Assembly (NCBI GenBank): GCA_951406725.2 | Contig: OX597818.1 | Span: 122,078,001-122,142,000, forward strand | DNA length: 64,000 nt | Direction of reading: 5' to 3' | From: Octopus vulgaris | Lineage: Eukaryota | Shown here: piece by piece, positions 1 to 14,522 of the stretch | How positions within the stretch are numbered: position 1 is the first letter of the stretch | Layout of the letters: every line of letters begins with the position of its first letter | The notes under the pieces: generated by a model | Databases searched by the model: none | Told to the model about the DNA's origin: nothing | Seen by the model: only the letters and a program-made list of their open reading frames with translations | Position numbers and translations under genes: made by a program

Positions 1-186
1 CCGGGCAAAATACTTAGGGGCATTTCATCCGTCTTTACGTTCTGTGTTCAAATTCCACCGAGGTTGATATTGGTATTTACCCACCCAGGATAGATAAAAT
101 AAGTGCCATTTGAGCCTTGAGTTTAATGCAATCAAATTACCCCACCCCCCTTTAAATTACTGGGCTTCTGCCAAAATTTGAAACCG
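1..186 (+). mobile_element. Degenerate tRNA-derived SINE (family 3, GGCGGCGAGCTGGCAGAAACG type), cut by the window edge, followed by (AAT)n
   Basis: Diverged match to the copies at 12855 and 20416 (tacgttctg.gttcaaattcc.ccgaggt.ga); (AAT)n tail at 188-267. Confidence 0.7.
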
Positions 187-268
<82 letters not shown>

Positions 269-654
269 CATCGTTTTCCTTCAATCAGACAGTTTGAAAA
301 ATTGTTTAACCATCAGTCATCGGTTTGTTTATACATGTTTTTGCTATCTTTACCCCCCCACTTCAACCCTCATCTCAGAGACAAATCTTACAAATATTAT
401 CTTGTTACGAACGGGAAATAAAAACATAATGAAAATGGTGTAACGTTACAAGAGAACAGTCTGGTAGCCATTTCCAAAGACACCAAAAGAAATACAAATA
501 AATCTTTGAGGATTAAAATGAAAAAAAAAGAATTTTATGAAAAAACGAAGTACATACACACATTACATACATACATACATACATGCATATATATATATAT
601 ATATACATATATGTATATATGTATATATGTATGTATATATATATATATATATGC

Positions 655-689
<35 letters not shown>

Positions 690-1561
690 TACATATATAC
701 ATATATATACATACATATATGTACATACATATATATATATATATATATGTATGTGTATATATATACACACATATATATATACATATACACACATACATAT
801 ATAATGATTAGCTGGCTTTGTAAATTGATAGCTGTAGAATTAATAACTTGTTTGTTTGTATTACTTCCTTTATAGCAAAAAAAGAAAATAAGTGAAAATA
901 AATTTAAAAGCAAAAAACATCGACAGCTGACAAATGAACGTGTGAGCAGTCTACAAGGATGTTTAATCAGCTAGATATAGCAGCAAAATCTGTCTTAAAT
1001 CACAGTATGTAGCTTTGATAAAAAAGGGGGAACTAAATAGTAAATGATTTCCTAAATATTGACTTTTCTGAAAATAAAATATACTGGGTGGGTAATCACA
1101 ACCGGGATGTCTTTGATGATAGGTTTGATCCATCAAAAGTTGCTGAGTGGAGTTACAAAAACAACATCAGCGACAATATAAGCAGCAAAAGCAGCAGCAG
1201 CAGTAACCGCGTCAGTATGATACCATTCATACTTCTATTTGGTGATAGAAGGATGATGGCAAAAATTGTGCTAAAAGGTTCTAATTAATTATATCTTGAT
1301 GAGTGGATATTTCAAGAGTGAAATTGTTTTGCTCAAATTTATATATGGATTAGGCAGATGAGGAAGGGCAGCGTTCATAATCGATATTTTAAGGATCGAT
1401 GTGACCAGTGTGAGAAGGGTAGACTCAGATCAGTGATATAACTTGAGTGTATATAACAGAGTCAGCCCCGTTAAAGACCCATGGAACTAAGAGATGGTTC
1501 TAAGACCAGGCAATGAAACAAACTGAATAAACGTGTCACCTTACGCATATGTTAAACAGTT

Positions 1562-1949
1562 CATGTGGAGCCGCAATGGCCCAGTGGTTAGGGCAGCGGA
1601 CTCGCGGTCGTAGGATCGCGGTTTCGATTCCCAGACAGGGCGTTGTGAGTGTTTATTGAGCGAAAACATCTAAAGCTCCACGAGGCTCCGGCAGGGATGG
1701 TGGTGATCCCTGCTGTACTCTTTCACCACAACTTTCTCTCACTCTTACTTCCTGTTTCTGTTGTACCTATATTTCAAAGGGCCGGCCTTGTCACTCACTG
1801 TGTCACGCTGAATATCCCCGAGAACTACGTTAAGGGTACACGTGTCTGTGGAGTGCTCAGCCACTTACACGTTAATTTCACGAGCAGGCTGTTCCGTTGA
1901 TCGGATCAACCGGAACCCTCATCGTCGTAACCGACGGAGTGCTTCCAAA
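1562..1949 (+). mobile_element. Full-length tRNA-derived SINE (family 1, GGAGGCGCAATGGCCCAGTGG type)
   Basis: A-box TGGCCCAGTGG and B-box-like GGTTTCGATTCC; 13-bp TSD ATGTTAAACAGTT at 1549-1561 and 1950-1962; near-identical reverse copy at 38838-39217. Confidence 0.92.
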
Positions 1950-4556
1950 ATGTTAAACAGTTAAAGTCTGAGTAAATTCATGATGTGTAAGCGGTTGGAC
2001 ATACAATATTCTACACTGAATGGGGTGCCAGCGTTTCGCAAAGTTTAAGCTGCTGTTGATACTGGTTTCCAATTGAATGGCTTTGAGCATCGTGAAATGA
2101 AAACGAATACAACGCAACGCTCGATCCGTGAACTCAAACCGTGACAAATACGACCGTTACGCTAACACTCTAATCATGTGGTCACACATCTTCACTTATA
2201 CATAAGAAGTAATAATTATGTGAATGATGAAAGCTGCAATGCCTATGAAGTTATAGAATTAAAAAAAAAGGAACTCTCATAGAATTTTCGATGTATTCTT
2301 GGAAACGTAGTTTATCAAAAGTATCTTGAATGTTTAAATTGGTAGATTCATTGAGCAAATGAATCCCGAAAGGTTCAGAAACCGTTGTTGTAGCAAATAA
2401 TTTAGGAAGACACAGTTCAGTTGTTGGCTGGTGAATGAAGGTTGTTGCTTAATCTGAAATTAACTCCGATAGAAAAGAGCAGTGGTCAAACGTTTTCATG
2501 CAACGATCAATACTTCATTTTTTGGTGGGGATGGGGTGAATAGTCATTACGTGGCCCCACGATATGAAGAGATATAAGTCAAATTATTTTCCAATCATAC
2601 CATATCATCTTACAAAATGAAGATCACATTGGATTTTGCAGTCTTCGTTACCTTATACATGGAGGTTGTGTAATCTCAGATAAGCTCTGCTAGATCGGAC
2701 CTCATAAAAAATATTCCAGCTGCCACTATCCCATATTTTTTTTAATATATATCTAGTACTATTCTCTTCATTGATTTTTTTTCAGCCTTCTAAAGTGGAC
2801 AGGATGTGATGTAAAGGAGATTTAGCACTTGTTTTTAGCAGTTTGAGCGACCACGTTAGACTTCATCATTAGATTGAAAAGATGAGTTGCTAATCAAGTA
2901 TATGTCTCTTCTTTTTTGTTTTTCGTGAATAAAAATCATTGATTGAGAGAGATACGAACATCATAAAAAGCCTTCTGTTTGTTAGAAGTAAATATTTGTG
3001 ATAATTATTGCAAATTTTGTGTATGCTATTGAAAATCTCAGTTGATCGAGCTCCCTTTACGCGGATACCGTTTTGAAAAGATAAGAATATTCAGATTCTC
3101 AATTTTTCTATCTTGAAAGGTATCTTCTTTCTTTTCAACCCACACCACTAGACCTCACAAAGGTATTTGCAATAATAGCCAAGGACTTTCATTTTGAAGT
3201 ACAGTGTCAATGTGAGAAAAGTTGACCTTTATATAAGTGCCCAACATAATACTGGGTACCTTTATTATCACCCATCTCCAATACTACGAAAATATAAAAA
3301 CGGTCTTGAAAACCAATAGTGGAGAAACTCCCGATTAGCTTTGAATAAATAAATGTAAACTGGTAATGTCTTCTAGTCAAAGCTGTGCTGTCTCAGATTC
3401 TGGTATCCACCTCCTTATCAATATTAAATACTATTTACAAGTTTAGTTTGTATGACATTAGAATCAAAATAAAAAACGATGAGACAATTTGGAAAAGAGA
3501 ACATAAAAAGAGAAGGATAGGCAAGGGTGGAGGAAGAAATGAAAGGAAATAATAACTATTTCGTGAAGAGTTTCATATATATTTTAAACAGTTTCACTAG
3601 GGAACAATATTTTTGAAATATATCTTTCACCTCCCCGAAGAATTGTTGTGGAAGATAATTAAAAACAATAATACATGAAAACAAAAGTAGATTATTCACA
3701 AATTAAGTGTTTACTTGTCGAGAAAAACAAACAGATGAATGAATATAGTTTTAGTTACTGCAGATAAATTTATGGTGCATTTCTTTATAGCTTATTATTA
3801 TCTAGGACGTTGCTTATCTTCACGGTTGAAATTTTTAACATCTCATATCTAGAAAACCCGCTCACCCGTGTGTATATAATAGCTCATAAAGACACCCAGA
3901 CTCAGACACTTGCAGATTTTATATCTAAGTATGCACATATATAAACGTCATTTCATAAATGTATTTTTCACACTCACACACACACTCACACACACACATA
4001 CACACACACACACACATGCACGCAATATGTATGTCAGATAAGGTAGGGTAAACTTATGTGTGCTTTTAGTAAACGGGCGTTGGGCATCGCTGAGAAATAT
4101 GTTGAAACCGTTGTTAGACTCAGGTTTTCTGTTTATAGCATGAAAAGGAGATCGCTCTTCCAATTTCTGCGATCAGGAATGAGACACCGATCTCTGACAG
4201 ATTCATGCGTTTCTAATCACAGATAGAATGTAGTTAATAGTTATTTATTGTAAATGGAGAGGTTGTATTAATTGATTAGTTAATTAACTAATTAATTCAC
4301 ATTACCAATCTTTGTAATTTTATCAAAATTAGATGAACCTATTTACTCCTGTTTCAGTGTGTGTTTATTATAAATTGTTAAACTCTACTAATCTCTCTGT
4401 GATAAGGAAGTAATCGTTGATGAGGCTTTAATAAATGATGTTTGTTTGATCTCTCTTTCTTTTCACGGAGAAATCTTGCAGTAGTCTACCTTTTCATAGC
4501 CAGGTGAAATGTCTTCTTACCACAGGTACTCTAACATTTCTACACATACAAAATCT

Positions 4557-4780
<224 letters not shown>

Positions 4781-4924
4781 TTCATGCCTATGTAGATGAA
4801 TATAAATGTGTATGTGTGTACGAGTGTGTGCATGAAGTTAAATGTATCCCTAAGGTTTTAAGCAGATACCCACGTCTTTAGTCAAACTTTACGATATATA
4901 AAGAAGATACTTCGCGGGAAAATT

Positions 4925-5215
4925 TACTGGCAGTGTTCCCGAAAAGAATACAACGAGTGTGTATCTGTCAGAAAAGATAAGTGGTTGGAAGATGGCACCC
5001 TCCCCCTAGGACTGTAATGTTTTTTTTTCCTCTTTACGCATGGTTCAAGGAATTGACACCAGTTCGGTTTTTTGTTGAAGAACTGAAGATGATCCACTGC
5101 ACAGCTGTTGATTACAACAACTATGTTCGTGAAATACGTGCGTATGACGAGCTCCGCAATCCAGTTCAAGTAGGTTGTCCCGGGAAGACTGTTGAGAAAA
5201 ACGAAACAGTCTCTC
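4925..5215 (+). mobile_element. Merlin/IS1595 (ISXO2-like) transposase relic
   Basis: Translation EELKMIHCTAVDYNNYVREIRAYDELRNPVQVGCPGKTVEKNET resembles the Merlin segment '...avDwnnylREvc...npv.igGpg.tVEiDEs' just before the first catalytic Asp; degraded, no TIRs seen. Confidence 0.7.
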
Positions 5216-5764
5216 AAGAAATAAATACGAGACAGAGTGCTTGCTAGATGAATAGTGGGTTTTCGGGAGAATGTGTTGGAAGATCAGACATGTTTTTCTT
5301 TACACGGTGTCATATCAGAATCGCGACCCACTTAAGGAATGCATACGTCAGTCGGGTGTTTCACCAACCACAATTTTCAGTGATTTGTGGATTACCTATT
5401 TTCTCATTCTTGAAACTGATCGTTATAATTTTCGACATTGAACAATGAACATCAGCGTTGATTTTATTAACTCGAAAGACGGTACCCATATGCAACAAGT
5501 AGAAAAAAAAGCACATGTGTTTGTGTAAAATGTGGGAATAAATGACACTGTAGGATCCACCGTTCTATGTCTTTTTTTGTGTCGTTTTGAGTTTGTGTGG
5601 CGCAGAAGATACAAAAATTGTAATTTGCTTGAGAAACACCTAGAGTGTATCTCAAACTTTCTTCTTTTGAATTTTCACTACAAAAAATCTATCAATTGTT
5701 TACATGTACCGAACTATTACTGCAATAGTATACGCAACGTTTTGCTTTGTTGTTGTAAGATTTT

Positions 5765-5950
5765 GACAGACAGCTATCACACAGAAAATGCCAGCTTCGA
5801 AATCCTGTTTTCTGACCGAGTAAAAAAGGATCAAACTTTAAACCTCTGCAAAATTAAGAAAATTTTTTTCTGGAACAAGTGAATTAAAAAATCAGATTCG
5901 GCATAAAAAATTACGCCTATATACTAAATTTGAAAAATTTCAATTAATTC
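5765..5950. repeat. Dispersed DNA-element fragment; reverse-complement copy near 49170-49375
   Basis: cagctatcacacagaaaatgccagcttcgaaatcctgttttctg...aaactttaaacctc is the reverse complement, with mismatches, of gaggtttaaagttt...cagaaaacaggatttggaagctggcattttctgcatgatagctg. Confidence 0.65.
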
Positions 5951-6412
5951 TAAAATTTCAAACATTGTGACATTAACAGAAAAGATCCATTCATTCTCAA
6001 AAAACTTAAGATATTTTAAAATTCTTGGAAAATCCTTAAAATTTTGAAATCCACTTCAGTAGAGTTACTACACACTAAATCAAACACAAGATTTTCCAGG
6101 AAATTATTTTACTGAACTCTGAATAAAAGAAAATAAAGATGATCCAGATACGGATTTGATCTCACTGTGTAAATTTGATGAAAAAATTACTGCTAGTATT
6201 GAGTTAGACGTCATTGAAATATAATCAATCAATCAATCAACCAATCAATCAATCAATATCTCTAAACAATCACCATGAATCTAATGGAGATGTTGAGTTA
6301 AACTTTAGAGTCATTTGCATTTCAAAGTTCTGTAACATTTATTCAAGAAACCAAAATCTTTAGGTATCGATTTTCACCCCAACCACCGCATCCCAACTAC
6401 AACAACAATAAC

Positions 6413-6491
<79 letters not shown>

Positions 6492-7389
6492 TGATGATGA
6501 TGATTGTAATAATAATAATGATGAAAATGATTACTATTATTATCATTGAGACAAAGAAACAAATGTAAACTCATTAAAAACCCTAACACAAGATAAAATA
6601 TAACCCCTCCAAAAAATAAATACATAAAGATAAAAATAAAATGTTATTAATAGAATTTTCAAAATCGACGAAAAACAACAGCTACTACAAAATATAAATA
6701 TTAATATTAATATTGCATAATTCCAAACAATTTATCGAATCGTTACGCCTATTTATCGAATTAGTATTATCAAATAAGATCGGATTTCTTCATTAAAAAT
6801 CAAATGTATAAAAAAAAATAACAAAACCCAAAATACAACACCAACAAAAAATAATGATAAAAAGAAAACGAATAAAGAAACAAAATTGCATGCAACATTT
6901 GTCATGTGTTAATATTAATATGGAAATACAATTTATCCAAAAAAATATTTTTTTTTTTTCCACAAGTTTTTGTTTTCAAATTAGCATATTGTTTTCGAAT
7001 GAATGGTAAAGATAAACTGACTTTCAGAGATTTTTAAATCTCAGCTGGAATTTGTTTTCACATTTTAAATTATTCACTAATTAAATGTTTTTTAACCGAA
7101 GGCAAAAATACAATTTCACACAAACATGGGTAAACACCTCCCATCTGTCTATGTTTCTGTCTGTCCGACTTTTTGACTGTCTATCTGTCTAGATATATAG
7201 ACACATAAGCACAAACGTACATGTACAGATATACATATATACATACGCACACACATATACGGATTTATAACTACACACAAGCAAGCACGCATAGTCACAA
7301 ATATATAGAAGCATATGAATGTATAAATGTATGAACGTCTGTATGCATGTATTTATATTTGTGAGTATGTATATATTTATGGGTGGTTG

Positions 7390-7454
<65 letters not shown>

Positions 7455-7794
7455 GCATATATGAAATATATATATATATATGCCTGTATATGTATGCGTG
7501 TATGTTTATGTTTGTATGTATATATGAAATACGATGTAAGTGAGTCGCCGTTTGTCCTCCTTTCAGTGCTCACTGTCAGAACACACTGACCTGAAAGCTT
7601 GAGTCCTTGTAGGTAACTTGACACAAAGCATTATGAAATAATTACGAGGTTTTCCTTAGTAGATCTTAGGAGCCCCAAGCATGATATTGATGCTATTCTG
7701 TTAACTTCAGATAAGAAGCAAAGGTGACTTATATATATATATCTGTAAATGTAATATGTGCAATAATTCGGTAGCCATAATAAAACTCCGAGAT

Positions 7795-7798
7795 ATGT

Positions 7799-7832
<34 letters not shown>

Positions 7833-8037
7833 CTGTGCGTGTGTATCTGTGTTTGTCCCTCCACCATCACTTGACAGCCGATATTGGTGTGTTTACGTCC
7901 CCGTTACTAGAGCGGCTCGGTAAAAGAGTCCGATAGAATAAGTACTAGGTTCACCAAGAATAAGTTTTGAGGTCGATTTGTTCGACTAAAGACGGTGCTT
8001 CACCATAGTCGCAGTCAAATGACTGAAAGAAGTAAAA

Positions 8038-8040
<3 letters not shown>
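7795..8040 (+). mobile_element. 3' half of family-2 SINE
   Basis: Matches the 3' part of the 13631 and 45335 copies (ttgaca.ccgat..tggtgtgtttacgtccccg...gcagtcaaatgactgaaa). Confidence 0.8.
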
Positions 8041-8097
<57 letters not shown>

Positions 8098-8098
<1 letters not shown>

Positions 8099-8481
8099 CT
8101 CTCTATATATAAACGGCAGTTTGTCTGTGTGCGTGTCTGTGTGTCTGTTAGTTTGTACCCTCACCCTGACCACGGCTTTCAACCGATTCTGATGAAACTT
8201 AACACACACATAGCCCAATGTCATAATTCAAAACTAACGCAGAGAAAAGTTTGAAAAGTTCCCCCAGTTCTGAAAAAAATCGATAAATTTGACATGAGGT
8301 CGAGAATCAGAAACACAAACCACAGACTGTCTAGGGAACGCAACTCGACCTTTTTAACTCTCAAAAAAAATTTACCATAATTTTTTTTCCCTTTTTTTGC
8401 TATTTTTTCGCTATAACTCTCTAAAAATGCTTTATAGTTATTTCCCTTACAAACCCGAGCAACGCCGGGCGATACTGCTAG
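8098..8481 (+). mobile_element. Non-autonomous Helitron-like element
   Basis: Starts TC, ends CTAG, subterminal hairpin CCCGAGCAACGCCGGG, sits between A and T; near-identical copy at 33511-33887. Confidence 0.85.
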
Positions 8482-8881
8482 TAATAAATATTAGGGAATA
8501 AATCCAAATTTACAGGGAAAAAATCAGATTTAGGATTAAATCCAATTTTATTTATTTATTTATCGTTGCCTAGACGTTTTTATGTGTATGTATAGGGATA
8601 TATATATAGGTGTGTGATTTAGTGTATGTATTTAGATATGGTTATATATAATTAGTTATATGTGTATGGGTGTATATATAGTTTATTTTTTGTTTTGTTT
8701 TATATTTATATTTAATTGTTGATAGGTTTATTTTAGTTTATATATTGTTTATATATTGATTATATATGGATTATATATAGGTTATATATAGATTATATAT
8801 TTATATTTTTTCATTAATACTTTAATTATTTTAAAATTATTATTTTTATATTTTAAAATATTGATATTTTAGATTGGAAGT

Positions 8882-8924
8882 CCACCTGAAGATTGTCGAT
8901 CAGGACAAGAAACAATTGTAGTGG
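8882..8924 (+). ncRNA. Minimal type I hammerhead ribozyme in a Penelope-like relic
   Basis: CCAC-CUGAAGA-UUGUC(GAUCAG)GACAA-GAAAC-AAUU-GUA-GUGG: conserved core, 5-bp stem II, palindromic short stem III, GUA cleavage triplet, 4-bp stem I. Confidence 0.75.
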
Positions 8925-9136
8925 CGGTTTTTTTGACTTTTTATTAAAATTTTATGTATTGATTAAGTCTTTCCTTGGTGGTTTTGTCTCTAATAATATT
9001 ATATATATATATATATATCTATATATATATATATACACCCTCCTTCTTCTTTCCTGAGCATCCAGTAATACTATATTTTTTCCACGTCCTCGCGTTGTTG
9101 TGTTTTTTTTGTGTTTTCTTGTTTATGTTTGGATTA

Positions 9137-9171
<35 letters not shown>

Positions 9172-10215
9172 AAAAAAAAAGAGAATATATATATATATAT
9201 ATATACATATATGCATAACAATTTCTATAAATCTTATCCACTGAGCTATGTGCAGTCCGAGTATTATTTTAATAGTCTTTAAGTTAAGAGTAGCTTTTTA
9301 AATTGATTAAACAAGATTGTGGTTATTTCAGACCTCCATGGCTAGTAGTCGAAGGAGGTGAATTATCCCCAACCAGAGATCTAATTAGAATGCTTACAAG
9401 AGACCAGTTTTTGCTAAAGATAGTGAAAGATTGGCAATGATGGTCCAACATCCCAGTGCACGACACATGAATAGTCACTTTGTCGGGATTGTCTCCGGTT
9501 CCGCCCATAAATCTTCGCCAACCCGAGTCTATGGTCGACGATAGCTTGATAAATGGTTACGAACAGTGCTACAGAATGCCAGATTTACGCAATGACAAAG
9601 CGAGCTTCTAAACCACTCAATTATGCTCCTGCTTAATGTAGATATATTTTCATGTAGTGTTCTTTTTTAATGCAGGGTTATCCTTTTGCCTGTGTATCTT
9701 ACTTTGTATATTAAGCAGAACATAATGAAAATGAGAGATTATATTAAATTTAACCTTTCTTTTCACTATATCACATATGCATTTTGCTGGGTCTGCCTCA
9801 ACACCATTGGGGCAAATGTAGGGATTACCTGCAATTCGAAGCGAAGTGATTCTGGTAAAGTGATTCCTACTTTGGTCGTAGCAATGTTTTGTGTATCAAA
9901 TTGCTGCTATAATATTACATATAAGTACTTAATTGTATTTACTTTGTTGAACCAACATATTTGGATGGTGTATCGAAAACAATGATATCAGTTAGATATC
10001 CGATGATAGGAATATATGTTTAATAGGCTTTTTGTCTGTGAAACTTTTATATCTAGTTGTCTCGTGTTCTAATTTATCCTTCATTCTCATAGTGTTAAAC
10101 ATGTTAAAGGGTTCTTGGTTTATTGTGATATTGTTATTTGTATCATAGCATATATTGATATTGCGTGATTCTCCTTGACTGGAAGTCTAACACTTAAGGG
10201 TTTCTAGTTTTGTTC

Positions 10216-10268
<53 letters not shown>

Positions 10269-12338
10269 ACACACAGATATATAAATATATATATAACTTT
10301 TTAAACAACTTGAATTCATATACTTGAAGGCATATGTGATTTTTAGGAATGTGGTAATCTTTTTGGCATTTCCCTGTTCTTTTTTTCACACTTTCTTTTC
10401 CCACGCTTGCCCTTAACTATAACACGCTCAAGTTTTAATATGTTATGATATTTGTTTTCAATCCCTTTTCTTTCACATTACAACGGTTCGTAATGTCTGA
10501 TATCTGCTATACATACAGGCATTTAGTCAGTTTGTGCAAGTTTAGTAATATATATATATACATAAACACACACATATTTGTTCAGTGTGTTAACACTTTT
10601 AAGTGCTTGTTTATAAAATCCACTCTTTCCACCCAATCGCTCTCTGCCCACAATGATGCGGGTTATAATTTCCTGAAAGGCAAACATCGCCAGACGGTAT
10701 GCTGCTGCTAGTGACAGCAGGAATCTAGAAAATATGGTGGATCACTCAACGTAATAGAAAAATCATGTGAGAACCACAATAGCAGTAGCACACAAGAACT
10801 TTAGAAATGAGTGTGGGACTTTCCTGCCTGGCCGCAAGATCAATAAAACTGGGGGAAATTTATTTAGGTCTATGATATTGTAAAAAGCATATGGGAAAGT
10901 ATCGGAATAAAATTACTCTTTTTTATAATCGTTTTAGTACTTCTCTTGTTTTCTGTTATCTCTCAGTACATCATGTGCACTACATGTGCATGTGTAGTAT
11001 ATACCTATAACCCATACATGTGTATTTAGCACTGATGACTGAAATACGTAATGAGTTGTTTGGAATAGTGCCTGTCTTTGACATTTAGCCTGGAACTATT
11101 AGCAGTTTTACATGGCTTTAGGGACGAAGATTCAAGTAAACCTTTCTTTTATAATCATGAAACTACAATTTCCTGTCAGTTTTTCTTTGGCCATGAAAAA
11201 CCTCGAGGGTAATTGCTTAAAGTAGTCACTTTAATGTTGAGATACACTGCTTCTCACAAAGTCGACTCCACAAGATCGTTGAAATGTAAACAGTGGAAAT
11301 ATTTTGTTCGTTTTAACACATGGGACTAATTAAAAGTGCTCATTATGTGTTATTATCAACTCTTTAGTATTTTTCTTCTAAATATATTTTAGATGTTATA
11401 CAGATGTCTTTAATAGTAAAGAAAGTTAAATTCGATAAGAGATAACTTTCTAAAGCGATAAGATGAATATAATTTGTTCCATTTATTTATTAACACCTGC
11501 AATACCTGCTACATTTTTTTTTATTTATACAATAACTTGTATACTTTATGTAGGCAGAGTATGGCTGATGTTTAAAAAGCTCGGATTTGTAACCACAAAG
11601 TTTCGAGTTCGATCTCACAATGTGGTGTCTGTAGAGCAATGCCATTTTCTTCAGTTTCACATCAAGTAGATAGAGCCTTATCACACTCAGTGTCACGCTG
11701 GTTCTGCTTGAGAATTACATTAAGGTTACAAATGTTCTTAGAATACTCAACCACTAACCTATCAATTCAGTGAGTAGGTAATCCACTTGATCAAACAGCT
11801 GAATCCTTATCGTCGAGCGATAGAGATTCATTATACTTGGTCATACCGGTAATTTCGTTCCTTGTTAATCGGTGTTTTGATTACAGATAAGTGCTGTCTA
11901 ACACAACTCATATTAACAAAGGTTGTCGGCTAATAGCACACAATTTTACTCCACTGTATGTTTACACACTGTATTTACTTCTCAATACAGGATGTAACAA
12001 GAATTACTATGATCTAGTTGTTTAGTCCAGAGTAGTCCTCATTAAACAGACATATGATTAAAGATGTTTATACGTCTGGGATTACATTGTCCAATGTCTT
12101 CTCCTTTGAAACCTCTTGTATATGATTTGGAAAAAAAGAATTAGCTGCTATTTCTACCAGATTGGTTGACCACGTAGGGGCTTACTTTGTGTATTTCATT
12201 GGATGACGAAGTTTGGGTTTGGAGTTTTTGCCATTATCTTAGGGCGTCGTAGAGATACAACACTTTTGATCAAGTGAGTCACCGGTGGAATACACTGCAT
12301 TAGATTCCAGTGTCAACACTAGAAATAGATAGACAGAC

Positions 12339-12400
<62 letters not shown>

Positions 12401-12854
12401 CGAGAGAGAGAGAGTGAGAGAGAGAAGGTGTGTGAGAGAGATAGAAAAAGAGAGAACGAGAGAGAGAGAAAGAGAGAAAGATAGAATGAGAGAAAGTGTA
12501 AGAGAGAAAGAGTGAGAGAGATTGAGAGAATGAAAGAGAGGCAGAGAAGGAGAGAGAGAGAGAGAGAGAGAGAGGATAGCGGGGAATAGTAACTATATAG
12601 AGATGAATGTTCTGTAGGCGCTAACCTTATCAGACTAGCAAAGGTTTAGCTTGAATTTGGATTACGTTACTTACTATAAAGAACTATAAATTATGTACTA
12701 GTTCCACAGAAGCTTTGTTACACTAGGTTATCTGCTATTGTGAGAAAATAATACTATAAAAAAGGCTGATAACCAAGAAAGTTTACAGCTAAACTTGGTG
12801 CTAATAAAAAATAAGTAAACTACACTATTTCAAAAATCGTCATTTGATAGATAT

Positions 12855-13397
12855 GGCGGCGAGCTGGCAGAAACGCTAACACGCCTGGCGAAATACGTAG
12901 CCGTATTTCGTCTGCCGTTACGTTCTGAGTTCAAATTCCGCCGAGGTCGACTTTGCCTTTTATCCTTTCAGGGTCGATTAAATAAGTACCAGTTACGCAC
13001 TGGGATCGTTATAATCGACTTAATCCGTTTTTCTGTCCTTGTTTGTCCTCTCTGTGTTTAGCCCCTTGTGGGTAGTAAAGAAATAGGTATTTCATCTGCT
13101 TTACGTTCTCAGCTCAAATTCCACCGAGGTCGACTTTGCCTTTCATATTTTCGGGGTCAATAAATTAAGTACCAGTTGATTTAATCGACTGGCCCCCACC
13201 TCCTCCAAAATTTCGGGCCTTGTGCCAAGAGTAGAGAAGAATATGAGAGTTCAAATTCCGCCGAGGTTGACTTTGCCTTTCATCCTTTCAGGGTCGATAA
13301 ATTAAGTATCAGTTGCGTACTTGAGTCGATTTAATTGACTGGTTGACTGGCCCCCTTCTCAAAAATTTCGGGCCCTGTGCCTAGAGCAGAAAAGATT
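12855..13397 (+). mobile_element. Composite family-3 SINE (one full monomer plus two partial monomers)
   Basis: Head GGCGGCGAGCTGGCAGAAACG; the block ttcaaattcc.ccgaggtcgactttgcctttcat recurs three times. Confidence 0.88.
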
Positions 13398-13630
13398 ATT
13401 GGATACAGATAAATTATTGTGCTGAGGGAGGGGGAGAGAAATTGAGAGATTTGTCTATGTGGAGGAAGAAGCGTTTAATAAGACACAAAGCTGTGAAATT
13501 CACGATAAATTTCATAGGTTTGTGTGTTACCAAATGGCTTTTCCACGACGTAGTTGCTTCAGTTTTCTCACACAGTCACTTACAAGACAAATACAACTCT
13601 GAAATGCGAAATTCATAACTGAAATTCATA

Positions 13631-14073
13631 GGCGCAGGAGTGGCTGTGTGGTCAGTAGCTTGCTTACCAACCACATGGTTCCGGGTTCAGTCCCACTGCG
13701 TGGCACCTTGTGCAAGTGTCTTCTACTATAGCCTCGGGACGACCAAAGCCTTATGAGTGGATTTGGTAGACGGAAACTGAAAGAAGCCCGTCGTATATAT
13801 GTATATATATATATATATATAAATATATGTGTGTGTGTGCGTGTATGTTTGTGTGTCTGTATTTGTCCCCCTAGCATTGCTTGACAACCGATGCTGGTGT
13901 GTTTATGTCCCCGTCACTTAGCGGTTCGGCAAAAGAGACCGATAGAATATGTACTGGGCTTACACAAGAATAAGTCCCGGGGTGGGCCGAGTTGCTCGAT
14001 TAAAGGCGGTGCTCCAGCATGGCCGCAGTCAGATGACTGAAACAAGTAAAAAGAGTAAAAGAGTAAAAGAGTA
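13631..14073 (+). mobile_element. Full-length family-2 SINE (CORE-like, internal (TA)n(TG)n, GAGTAAAA tail repeats)
   Basis: Head GGCGCAGGAGTGGCTGTGTGG...GGGTTCAGTCCC; ccttg.gcaagt CORE-like block; very similar copies at 45335 and 58766. Confidence 0.9.
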
Positions 14074-14522
14074 ACTTTCCTGAAAAGCCCTGTAATGTAA
14101 AAAGGAAAATAGAAACAAAAAAAAACATCACCAATATCAACAATGAGTTTGAAATAACTAAGAACTTAACAGCACTTAATAATGCTTCATAACAAAAATA
14201 ATCGCTTTTTCGTATTATGCATCATTTTACTGTTTTTCGTTTATTTTTCGCCGGTTCTTTTTGCACTCAGTAAGAAGATTACTGTCTACGAGTTTATCCA
14301 CTACTCAGAATGTCACAATGTTATTTACTGCAATTTATCATATTTATTTCATCTTAGGCCGATAATGTTGGTTCATATTTGTAACAAACTAGCGTTATGG
14401 CGGTTTGTATTACTCCCATGAAATACCATCAGGCGCAGAACAAACGTTCATACACAAACACACACACACACACATATAGACACATAGATATGAGAATGCA
14501 CACACCATGCACACACACACAG

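Noticed and set aside
1568-1642. tRNA-like sequences at SINE heads
   Set aside because: They continue into SINE bodies with TSDs and lack a proper cloverleaf and terminator; not tRNA genes
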